Source: Squalus acanthias (taxonomy: Eukaryota). From it: DNA of 64,000 nucleotides. Of this stretch, positions 32,920-44,198 are shown piece by piece (the first letter of the stretch is position 1; every line of letters begins with the position of its first letter). Where the stretch lies: assembly GCA_030390025.1 (NCBI GenBank), contig CM059432.1, positions 23,438,001-23,502,000 on the forward strand, in the 5' to 3' direction. Below the pieces are notes generated by a model that was not told the origin of the DNA, made no database searches, and saw only the letters and a list, made by a program, of their open reading frames with translations. The translations under genes were made by a program, and so were the position numbers.

Positions 32920-35900
32920 TTTTTAAAAATTTGTTCTCAGGATGCGGGATATGCTGGCAAGGCCGCATTTATTGCTCGCCTCTAATTGCCCTGAAAAGGT
33001 GAAACCAGGCTTTCCGCTTGAAGTGCTGCTGTCCTCGTAGTGATGGGGCTCCCACAATAGTGTCAGTCGGGAATTCCAGGATTCTGACCCAGTGAAGATG
33101 AATTAATTGTGATACATGTCCAATTCATGATGGTTTGTGACGTAAGAGGGAACTTGGAGGTGATGGTGTTCCCACAATACTGCTCTTATCCTTTTTGGTA
33201 GCAAAGATCGCAGGCGGGTGCTATCAAAGCAATCTTGGTGATTTGTTGCAGCTAAAGTTCACCAGTGCTAGAGGAGATGGATATTAATTCCAGAGGCAGG
33301 GACAGCTATCAAGTGAACTGATGTGTCCTGGATGGTTTCAACATTTTTGAGTGTTATTGCAGCTGACTGCATTTAGGCAAGTGGTGAATATTCCTTCACA
33401 CTTGTAGAGGGTAGAGAGACACTGAGGAGTCAAGATGTGAGCCACTCATCACAGAGTACCCATACTCTGCCCCTGCATATGGCCACGGGGTTGATATGGC
33501 TGGTTCAGTTCAGCTTCTGTTCAATGGTGACCACCAGGATGTTGCTGGTGGAGCCATTGAAGGGCAAGGGGAGATGGCAGGGCTTTCTCTTGGTTGAGAT
33601 GGTCACTTACCTGGCATTTACGTGGTGCGAATGTTCTTCTCTTCTTAGGCAGTCCCTCGGAATCGAGGTGACTTGATCCATACTAAAAATGAGTTCTCAG
33701 GTGACTGATGAGTCCATTGCGGGGCAGACGGTGATTGAAGGGGCGGGTGGGTGGGGTGCTTGGGTTGACGTGCGCTCCTTCCGCTGTTTGCGCTTGGCTT
33801 CCGCTTGCTCCCGGCGAAGAGACTTGAGGTGTTTGGCGTCTTCCCGGATGCTTCTCCTCCACTTTGTGCGGTCTTGGGCCTGGGATTCCCGTGTGTCAGT
33901 GGGGCTGTTGCACTTTTTCAAGGAGGCTTTGAGAGTGTCCTTGAAGTGTTTCCTCTGCCCACCTCGGGCTCTCTTGCCATGTCGGAGCTCCGAGTAGAGC
34001 ACTTGTTTTGGGAGTCTCGTATCGGGCATGCGGACAATGTGGCCCGTCCATCGGAGCTGATCAAGCATGGTCAGAGCTTCGATGCTGGGGATGTTGGCCT
34101 GAGCAAGAACTCTGACATTGGTGTGCCTATCCTGCCAATGGATTTGCAGGATCTTGCGGAGCCGGCGTTGGTGGTACCTCTCCAGTGCTTTGAGGTGCCT
34201 GCTGTACATGGTCCATGTCTCTGAAGCATACAGGAGGGCGGGTATCACTACTGCTTTGTAGACCATGAGCTTGGTGCCGGGTTTGAGGTCCTGGTCTTCA
34301 AACACTCTCTTCCTCAGGCGACCGAAGGCTGCACCGGCACATTGAAGGCGGTGTTGGATTGTGTCATCGATGTCTGCCCTTGTTGACAGTAGGCTCCCGA
34401 GGTATGGAAAGTGGTCCACGTTGTCCAAGGCCTCGTCGTGGATTTTGATAATTGGGGGGCATTACTCTGTGGCGGGGGCAGGTTGGTAGAGGACCTTTGT
34501 CTTACGGATGTTTCGTGTAAGGCCCATGCTCTTGTACGCTTCGGTGAAGGTGTTGATGATGGTTTGGAGTTCGACCTCAGAGTGTGCACAGACGCAAGCG
34601 TCGTCTGCATACTGTAATTCACTGACAGAGGATGGGACGACCTTGGATCTGGACTGGAGGTGACGGAGGTTGAACAGTTTCCCATTTGTTCTGTAGATTA
34701 GCTCCACTCCAGCGGGGAGATTACTGAGGGTGAGATGGTGCATTGCTGCAAGGAAGATCGAGAAGAGCGTTGGTGCGATGACACAGCCTTGCTTGACCCC
34801 GGTCCGTACATGAATTGGGTCTGTGGTGGATCCGTTGGTCAGGATCACGGCTTGCATGTTGTCATGAAGCAGGCGGAGGATGGTGACAAACCTTTGAGGG
34901 CAGCCGAATTTGAGGAGGACACTCCATAATCCCTCACGATTGACAGTGTCGAAGGCCTTTGTGAGGTCAAAGAAGTCCATGTACAGCGGTTGGTGTTGTT
35001 CCCTGCATTCCTCTTGTAATTGACGCGTGGTGAAGATCATGTACATTGTGCCCCTTAGTGGGTGGAATCCGCATTGCGTCTCTGGGAGGAGCTCTTCAAC
35101 TACTGGGAGCAGGCGATTGAGGAGGATTCTTACAATGACTTTCCCTGTGGCAGACAGCAGGGAAACTCCTCTGTAATTACCGCAATCGGACTTGTCACCT
35201 TTCTTGAAGATGGTCACGATTACGGCATCGCTGAGATCCCCTGGCATGTTCTCCTCCTTCCAAATAAGAGAAATGAGTTCATGTATTCGCGCCAATAGTG
35301 CTTCTCCGCCATGCTTTAGTGCCTCGGCAGGTATTCCATCTGCTCCTGAGGCCTTGTTGTTCTTCAGTTTTCGGATGGCCTTTTCAACCTCATGCCGGGC
35401 TGGAGTTGTGCTGAGGTGGTGGCGGGTAGCATGCTGCGGGATGGAGTTGAGGACACTCGTGTCGAAGACAGAGTCTCGGTTAAGGAGATCTTCGAAGTGC
35501 TCCTTCCAGTGGGCACTGACTGCCTCTCTGTCCTTGATGAGTACCTCTTCGTTCTTGGCCCGCAGTGGGGTAGGACCTTGGGTGCTTGGGCCATAGGTGG
35601 TCTTGACTGCGCTAAAGAATCCACGCATGCATGAATGTTACCTGCCGCTTGTCACCCCAAGACTGGATGGTATCCAGGTATGGCTTTAGGCTGGAATGGG
35701 AAACTTCAATGTTGTAGGAGTTGTAAATGAGCTAAACATTATGGAATAGTCAACGAAGAAACCCACCCCTACACTTATGATGGAGGACAGGTTATTGATA
35801 AAACAGCTGAAGATGACTGAGCTACGATGCTTGTCTGATAATCACAACAACTTCCTTTGCATCAGGTATAACTCCAGCCATTGGAAGTTTTTTCCATTGA

Positions 35901-36325
35901 CCCCAGTAACTTCAGTTTTCTTATGACTCCTCATCGACCTGAAACATTAACTCTGTTTCTCTCTCCACAAATGTTGCGTGACCTGCTGAGTATTTCCAGC
36001 ATTTTCTGTTTTTACTGTCGATTTCCCGCATCCGCAGTATTTTGCTTTTGTATTGATGAGTGGGTGTCGCTTGATGGCATTATTGATGACTCTACCATCA
36101 CTTTACTGCTAATTGGGAGGAGGCTGTTAAACAGTACTTGGCCGGATTAGATTTATGCTGTGCTTTTGTGGAAATGACATGCCTGGGCAATTTTCCACAT
36201 TTTCGGATAGGTGCCAGTGTCATAGATGTACTGGAACAGCTTGGTTAGGTGAGCGGCTAGCTCAGGTGCACAGGTTTCAAGCAGTACAGCCAGGACGTTG
36301 TCAAGGCCCATAACTTTTGCTGTTA
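32920..36325 (-). mobile_element. Old copy of the 15518-type LINE, interrupted by RTE and a Penelope-like fragment (35925-36055)
   Basis: 3' end GCTGGCAAGGCCGCATTTATTGC..; body is the reverse complement of 15800-16500. Confidence 0.75.
33636..35632 (-). mobile_element. 5'-truncated RTE-clade LINE with nearly intact RT
   Basis: ORFs 34462-35628 and 33697-34428 are in the same frame, split by one TAA. Motifs KASGADG, NYRGVSLLS, FDLTKAFD, GVKQG, YADD. 7-bp TSD GAATGTT (33629-35, 35633-39). Confidence 0.96.
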
Positions 36326-36640
36326 TATAAGATATGACAATACATTGACATTTGTGTATATTAAAAACAGAACAGCAATCTTTTCAATTCAGTCAGAGAA
36401 CTGCAGCTTGAAGATGATGAGGCCGATTAACTTGTCCACACTCCACATGTGTGCTAATGATGTGGAGCATTGCCCAGAAGTGCAAAAAAAGTGCACATAT
36501 TTCCTCGCTGACATCATTTGAACATTGGGTTGTTTTGCCAGCAAACTTTATGAGTTGTGACAGTGAAGTGCAGGAAATGGAGGGTTGCTACAGGCCTTAA
36601 AGGTTGAGCAGCTTAAAGTTCCTCTGAATTTGGAGATGCT

Positions 36641-37403
36641 GGCCCGTAATTTCCGATAGGCAGCTTCCTGCATGCGGATGCCTCCTATCGGAAACAAATC
36701 TACGCCCTTACCTGAGGGCTCCCGAGGTCCGGACACTTCCGCTCCTGGGCCTCTCCACAGTCGAAATGCGCAGGGCCCACGTATCCCAGGGGCACATGCG
36801 GTTCGCCAGCGTCCCTGGGATCACGTGGGCCAGGCCAGCCAATAGGAGAAGGGAATCTGCCTTCATACTTTTGACAAATAGACCTGTCAAATATATGAAT
36901 GGAGATCACCCCAAAAAGACACTAAAACATTAAATACATTTTTAAAAAACCATCACGTTTTTAAAATGAGTTAAAATTACATTAAATTAAATATTTTAAA
37001 CAAAAATTTAATTTTTTGAAAAAAATAATTAAAGTTTTTTACGGGGCTAAAAATATTCTTACCTTTTTTAAAAGTATTTTTAAATTATAAATGAGTGAGA
37101 AAAAAAATATTTTTTTTACTTTTTTCAACTCTTATGCTGGTAAAAGCAGGCCTTACACCTGCTTTTACCAGGCGTAAGATTTCTAAGGGTTTTCAGCGGG
37201 CGGAGGTTCTGCAGAAAGCGGAACTCTCCACCCACAGAGGCCCTTCTCCAGGGCAGGCGTCCGATCTGTCAAGAGCATTCTTGACAGATCGGAAATGCCG
37301 GTTTTCAGCGCATGCGCTTGGCATGCCTGAAACTGGCATTTCCGATGTCCCTACGGGTGTGTACACAGCACATACACATCCGTAGGCATCGGAAAAACGG
37401 GCC
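36641..37403. mobile_element. Harbinger-type MITE (763 bp), distant relative of the 20224/26478 family
   Basis: TIR GGCCCGTAATTTCCGAT / ATCGGAAAAACGGGCC. Shares GGGATCACGTG..CCAAT, an AT-rich core and terminal hairpins. TSD unclear. Confidence 0.85.
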
Positions 37404-39170
37404 TACATCTGCCCCCATTGTTACCTTGGCACCATTGCGTTAGTCTGTTTGAGAAGAGTTTTCCTGGGAGCCTTGGGGACTCTGCTCTAGGACTATTTAT
37501 TTTTTTAGCATTGTGGCATTAATTTTTGGAAGAGAAAACACCTTTCTAGAGGGAGTGTTGCCAGCTTTCATAGCTGAAAGGGCCATGGATCCTGATCTCT
37601 GACAGCTAGTGTTCAAATATAGGATACTTTATGAGTACAAAAGCATCCATTGGGGATGTGACTAGCAGCTTCCGACACATGGCATCAAGTGTGGAGGAGT
37701 ACACATCTCACGTGCGAGGTGCTGATACACAGCATGAATGCATGCAGACAGCCTTGGAATGAATCGCAGCTCCAGGTACATCTGCAGCAGAGTCCCTCAC
37801 AGCAGGGGCCTTATTGCCAGCATAAGGATCTCTCACCAATGCTCAGACTGCTACAATTTCGACATTCAGCTCTACTATGCCCTCCTCATCGGACAAGCTC
37901 GCCGATGAGCTTGGCAAAATGAGGAGGGGGATCATTACCACCTCGTACAATGTCACTGCTGCGATGAGGTCTGTACAGTCTCAGATCAGTGAGCAGAGTG
38001 ACCTGGAGACTGGGCACAGGGCCAGCCAGAATTGGCAATAGATAATGCTGCTGCTATATCTCCAGATGGCTACATATCCGCAGCAGCCCCCCTAAGCTCT
38101 TGATTGCACAAGAACCTGAAAATAGGCAGGGCCAGATTGTCCCTGCACCAGTGGAAGGGCAGTCGCCTGAAGCAGGGCTGTCTGGGGTCCTTGCTCACTG
38201 AGTTCAAGAACCACCTCATTCCATGAACCTCTCACTAATGCTCAACTGCCAGCTTACTGCCCAGCTCCCACCATAGGGACTGCATTGAGAAGGAAAAGGA
38301 GATTAGTCAGGCGAGTACAACATCACTCTCTGACAGGAACGGTGGAAGCAGACACTAGTTTCAGACCCAATTCTGCCTTTGGTTATAAAATGTTTCCAAA
38401 GCAGTTGATGCTGTGCGCAATTTCATTTAGATAAATAAAGGTGAGCCAACATTTGTGCTGGGAGAATGACGTTACTGGGGAATGAGCAAGTTGTTCATGT
38501 ACATATTGTGGGTACAGCTTGATTGCATGGAATGGGAACCATAGTAAGAGGTGAGGAACTGGGCTGGTTTGTGCTGAACGTTGCGGGTGGGTGGGGGCGG
38601 GGGTCATCAATAGATATTTAAAATTCCTCTCAAGAGCCATCCTCAAAATGAAAGAATCATATGAGCTGCCAGGGAATCTGGCATTAAATTGCGTTGTTTT
38701 GTGGTGATGGCCACAGGCCTCCTGCACATTAATGGAAGCAAATGCTCTGCTGCAACCAAAAAAAATTCAATGCTCTGGCGATCCCCATTGGCACTGGTGG
38801 ATCTGTGCCAGGCCCGCAGTGTGACTGCAGGTCACCCTGCAGCAGGTTGCACAACTCCTTGCTGAACCTATAATCATTCTCGTTCCTCGGTGAGGTGTGC
38901 AAAAGTCCTGTTGGGTCAGTACATTCTGCCAGTTGAGTAACGCCTTGAAGGTGCCCTCCTCCTTTCAGGATGGCTCATCTCCCTGGACTTCCTGCACATC
39001 AGTATTCCATCAACGATTTGTTTGTTCAACGATTCGGACCCCAGTAGAAACACAGCATGAAGTCTGTTGGCTGTGTTACTGGAGCAGACACTAGGATGCC
39101 CATTTGTCCTGTGCGTGGCACCTGAAACATAAGCGCACTTTGGGTGCTATATACGGGAACATCAGCCCCA
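37404..39170 (-). mobile_element. Decayed autonomous-type PIF/Harbinger element (DDE_Tnp_4 / HARBI1-like transposase relic)
   Basis: Minus reads RTFAHLTEE..RFSKELCNLLQGDLQ (~38830-38920) and SINVQEACGH..NARFPGSSYDSFILR..LMTP (38600-38740). Right end GGGAACATCAGCCCC. Confidence 0.75.
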
Positions 39171-39639
39171 CTGTTTACTGTTGTGACCACTCGTCTAAAT
39201 TTTAACTATAGGTTAAACGTGAAGACGTCCAAACTTCCCTTTTCCCCGAACATCTCCAGTTCCAATGTTCCAGTCAATGGTGTAATTCTTGCTTAGTTTA
39301 GCAATATTCACCCCTCCCTCCATCAGGATAACCAGTGTTCAATCTATGGTGTCCCTCTAAATAAACTAGCCATCAGGCAATCCTTCCTTTTCCCTGCTAC
39401 AGTAACCCAGTCAATCAATGCTCAGCTTTGTTTGCCTCAATCGATAACGTAACTTACAGTCAGCTAATTTCTTCCTTTTCGATGTCATCTTGACACCAAG
39501 TCCCAATTCATGTTGAAAATTGGTGTAAGAAAAAAATTACTCAGCCATTCTCTGGATGACGAAGTGTAACAATGAAAGTAGATAACTGTGTATTTGACAC
39601 CATTTCTCGCCTCTCCCTCTAGCGTGGCCAACATTTTAA

Positions 39640-40135
39640 ATTTGATAGGCTAGGGAGAACGAGGGGAAGTCTGTATAAGTTCTGTAAGCAAAGAACCAGT
39701 TTAGAGGTCAGAAGGTTTTCCTTTTCGCAGAGGGTCCTTGCACTATGGATTAAGTTGCTAGCCTGTGCAGTGAGTGTGGATTTATCGCAAATGTTCAAAA
39801 GGGAGCTGGACGAGTTCCTGGAGGAGGCTGATATCGCTGTGTTTAAAGGGCAGGTGGGGTGTTAGGTGACGTACCTCCTGGTCACTGTTTCCCTCCTGGA
39901 ACTCATTTTAGATCACCTTTGGGGGGTCAGAGAGGAATTTCCCAGAATTCTTTTTCCCTGAATTGGTCTAGAGTTTTATTTTAAATTCTGTTTAATTTTG
40001 TTACCTCTCCCATAAGATTATGTGGCTGCTGATCGGTGGGGAGCATCGAAGGTAATGATGCTTAGTTGCAACACAACTGAATGGAGCAGGCTTGATGGAC
40101 CAGCTATCTTTTTCTGTCCATCTTTTTTGAATGTT
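39640..40135 (+). mobile_element. Old CR1 3' fragment(s)
   Basis: TTTTCGCAGAGGGTC..TTCAAAAGGGAGCTGGA and GAATGGAGCAGGCTTGATGGACC. Confidence 0.6.
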
Positions 40136-40399
40136 TGTATAATTCAATCCATGAAACAATTGAGGGTACAAGTGTGGTTGGTTCAGTTGCACTCGCTCAG
40201 CTAGTAAATGCCTAATCTGTGCTGTAACTGGGGAAGGTTGAAGATCACCAACATCCTCTTCTCCATGAATCATTTTACTCTGAATAAGTAAAAGTTCAGT
40301 AAGTTTCTCCTTTTCTCCTCGGCTGTAACCAGTCACCCACCTTGATTAATGCTGTCATGTATCACATAATGAGTGAGGCAATAGCGGGCATAGACAATA

Positions 40400-41160
40400 A
40401 TTATAGTGAGCCTTAAGCTGTAAGGGCAGGCCAGAAACTGGTCAAGGACCTGAAATGTGTGCAACAACATTAGTATTCTTGCCAGATCATTGGTTGTTCC
40501 AATCACGAAGACTAAAACGTTGAAAGAAGAAAATAAGGTTCAGTATCAGCTTTTCAAAGCTAAAAATTATGCCCTTTGTACAAGGAAGATTACGGAACAA
40601 TGAAGGGAGAGGGCATTGATTGGAGGTGGAATTGGTGGATGGCTTTATACCTATGAAATTGAATGCTTAGCGAAGGGAGATGCTAGAACTGCTTAACAAA
40701 CAACAGAAAAAAACTCTAAGAATTTACGAGGCCAGGATTCAGTCAATAGTTTTAAATGATGCTGAAGATCTGAACAAGGCCCTGAGGCTGGATGTTTTTC
40801 TGGAGTAGGCTGTGAGGAGGTCATCGTGACCAACACTGAAATAATGAGCAATGGCCTGAGTAGGTCAAAGTGACCAACACTGTAATATGTGTGCTGCAGC
40901 AAGAAGGTTCTGATGGCCAGGTCATGTTTGCCACATGGCTGAAGATTGATATCCTCAGCTAGTGATGGAATGGGGCCCAGATAAGAAGAGACCAAATGGG
41001 AGACCAAAGCTTAGGTAATGGTACCCTATATGGGAAAGTCTGGAGGGTAGCATGACAACAGACAACTGCAGGAGTTGGCAGGGAATAGAATATGATGATA
41101 AGTTCTTGTGATAGTTAGGAATTTTGTAGATCGTCAACTGCAATTGAAGCTGTATTTGCA
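40400..41160 (-). mobile_element. Very old L2-like RT fragment
   Basis: Minus G-S-L-L-S-G-P-like block near 40975-40995; otherwise highly decayed. Confidence 0.35.
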
Positions 41161-41694
41161 AATGAGTCTGTAATCATTCATTTTCCATTTTTGCATCATC
41201 GATCTTTGCCATCAATATCTTGATGCTGCAAATTTTTACATTTTCACTGCTGTGTTAAAAATATAGCTAGTCAGACAAGGTTAATTCGATTGAGTCCTGA
41301 ATTAATATAATTAGTTATCTCTCCTTAGAGGGAAATAATTATCTGTTACATTCTGGGCTCTCTCCAACTCTCTTGACTTGTGTGCACAGGGAAAAGGCAA
41401 TTTTCATAAGCAGGCCCTTGTCATTTAACTGATACTTGGTGTCTATTGTGTGATATGAATGGGATAGTATGCCAAAAGACTAACAATTTCTTTTGACTTT
41501 GGTATTTTGAGTCAGAGAATACAGGGTTACCCACTATGTTTCGTGTTCACTTTTAAAAGTGGAAAACACCACATTGTCAGACTGTTGCTAACGAGAGGTA
41601 ACCAGCTGTATTAATATTTCATTTAAATATTATTTAAATGAGAACATTGTGAATGGGTGGCACACAATAGGCTAGTCAATGGCTGTTCACCTCG

Positions 41695-41885
41695 AAGCAT
41701 TGAACTTTACAGATAGAGGAAGTCATTTTACCCATTGTGCTTGTGCCTGCTGTTTGAAAGCTATCCACTTGGTCCCATTCCCCTGCCCTTCCCTCATATC
41801 TTTTTCTTTTTTTCTTTTTCAAGTGTTTATCCATTTCCTTTTTTAAAAAACTATTATGAATTCTTCTTCCAGTACTGTTTCTATC
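41695..41885 (-). mobile_element. CR1 3' fragment
   Basis: CATTTACCCATTGTGCTTGTGCC..GGTCCCATTCCCCTGCCCTT is similar to 23350-23480. Confidence 0.6.
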
Positions 41886-42265
41886 TTTGGAACCTACGTT
41901 GAAATCCAGCCCAGACTGATAGAAATAAAGTCTCCTCTGCCAATGGCTGTAAGGGTTCCTTGTGAACTGAGTTTAGGAAGTCTTAATCCCAATTCATAGT
42001 GCCCCTGAGCATACAGCACAAAACTGTCCTTAATTCAGCACTAATCTCTTCCAGAGACGCCACAAAGAGGCTCATTTGAAAAATAGAAAAAAATGTCACA
42101 CTGGTGCGTTAGAGGATGCTCTCTCGTGTTGGGTTTGGGGCTGAGGGTAGGGTGACCATATTTCCAAAACCGAATCCGGGGACACACAGGGTGGGAGCAC
42201 AGCAAAGTAGTCAGGATGGGAAAATGTAGGTCGCACAGCGTAGGAGGCAAAATCTTTTAGCAGCA

Positions 42266-42304
<39 letters not shown>

Positions 42305-42514
42305 GCAAATGTGCATATAATTACTGCGGATGTGACGTCACACTATTGAAGCACATTCAGACACCGTTTTATATATAATACAATAACACTCTTCAGGAAC
42401 GTCAGTTTTTCATACCCACTGTCTATATGGCCTATTCAGAAATTTCTTTCTTCCCATCATTGCCCAAGTTGACCAAATTTTTCATCATGCCTCCTAATAT
42501 CACCTTCTTCGGCT

Positions 42515-43778
42515 TGAAGGGATAATTACTAGTCCTAGCCCCTTTTGGGCTACCCCGGATCAAGCGTATCCCCCAGACATTCACTTTCAACTAAAGTTTG
42601 AGGTAGCCGAATCCTAAAGATGCTTAATTGGGTCTAAAGGTCCAGACTATCTCTCCCCAAGGAAAGGAACAACCTGAAGATGTTACCGTCCTCCAGATAG
42701 CACTTTTAATAAGTTTAGCTAGACTGTAACATTCCGGATATTATGAGGGTCTGGAAAACTCCCTCAGAATTCTGCAACTCCTCACCAAAGAGCGTACAGA
42801 GATTGAGTTTGCGAGTTTGATACAGAAGTATTATATGAGACAATTCTAAAAATATATAGATTTATTAAAGAACCGACATGTAATTTACAGTTGGTGATTC
42901 AATCGCAACATTAACAGTTCCAAAAACAGAAATCTTACAATTCTATTATCAGAGATCCTTATTCTCAAATCTTAACTTCGTTACATTTTTACAGTTCTTA
43001 GTCTTTATTCCAGGATATCCATCAAAATCAAATACCTTTGATACCCGAGATACAAAGAGTTGTAGACTTACAGAGCCTGCCTCTGAAGCCTGAGAATCGC
43101 TTTGCCCCTTTACAGTGAATCTATCATCCCATTTGAAAGTTCAATATTTATATCCTTTTTCAGTGGTATGTCCTTTGAAGTATTCTGCTGATGTAAGCTA
43201 ATTATCTCGTGTCATTTTTCTGCTGACCCCTGCTATTCTTACAGTCAGTTCAGCTAAGAATCGTGTCTCTACCTTTAGGTGTTCGAAGCTTATCATAAAA
43301 ATGGTGTGACAGCAGATGCATCTATTTGATGTCATTCTTACCAAGGTCTTCTGTTTGTGTCTTTTTACGACGTGTATATTAAAACACCTCAACCAGGTGC
43401 ACCATTGTCTTCTTAGTTACCTCAGCTGTTTGCAACACAGAATCATGTCTCCTGTGTTTCATTTGATGTCATTTTTACGAAGGTATATGTTTCTTAATTT
43501 TCTGTGTTTCTTTCCGAAGTGTTGGTTAAAGACACCTTAACAGGGTGTACCATTGTGTTATTTCCAAAGCTTCAGACTATCAGGAACCTCCAACCTCCTG
43601 TTTCAATAAGGTTATTGATTCAGTGTCAACAACTTATCTTATCTCAATAGCCTGTATGCTGTTTACAGCTTCTCCATTGTTAGGTTTCTAGATTTTCAAA
43701 CCCAGTATGTCATGTTACAAAGGCCAGAATTCTTTCATAGAATGGTGTATTTTTCTGAATATGGCTTATTCCTTCACA
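42515..43778 (-). mobile_element. Solo LTR (1264 bp)
   Basis: TG..CA ends with inverted termini TGAAGGGATAA/TTATTCCTTCACA; 4-bp TSD GGCT. Minus-strand TATAAA (43147-52) lies upstream of AATAAA (43004-09, 42861-66). Splits an L2 3' fragment. Confidence 0.8.
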
Positions 43779-44054
43779 GGCTTAATGTCCATTTTTGTTG
43801 ATACCTGTGAACGACCTTGAGATTTGAGAATAGCGAGGGGGCGGGGGGGGGGGGGGAGCTCAGTGTTTTCTCAGTGAAAGGTAAATGCTATTAGGGACTG
43901 GTTGGGCCAAATGGCCTGTTTCCGTGTTGCAACTGCTATGTATTTCAATGTAAAGAGTGGATTCCCCACTCCTTGCATGGGAACTCCCTGGGAACACTAC
44001 TGAGTTCTGGGAAAGGTGCCACAGCAAACGCAGAACCGTGCTTTCCTTTCCTGG

Positions 44055-44198
44055 GCACTGGCTGACCCGCCGTCTATTTCCAGTGCTGACTGGCTGACCA
44101 GCCATCTATTTCCAGTGCTTACCAACTGACCTGCCTTTCCAAAACTAACTGGCCGACCCGCCGTCTATTCCCAGCGCTGACTGGCCGATCTGCCGTTT
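44055..44198. repeat. ~28-bp degenerate tandem repeat (CTGACTGGCTGACCCGCCGTCTATTTCCAGTG-like)
   Basis: About five visible units. Confidence 0.75.

Noticed and set aside
38383..38727. Functional host HARBI1 gene
   Set aside because: Fragmented by stops and deletions and lacking the GD.GY block; a transposon relic.
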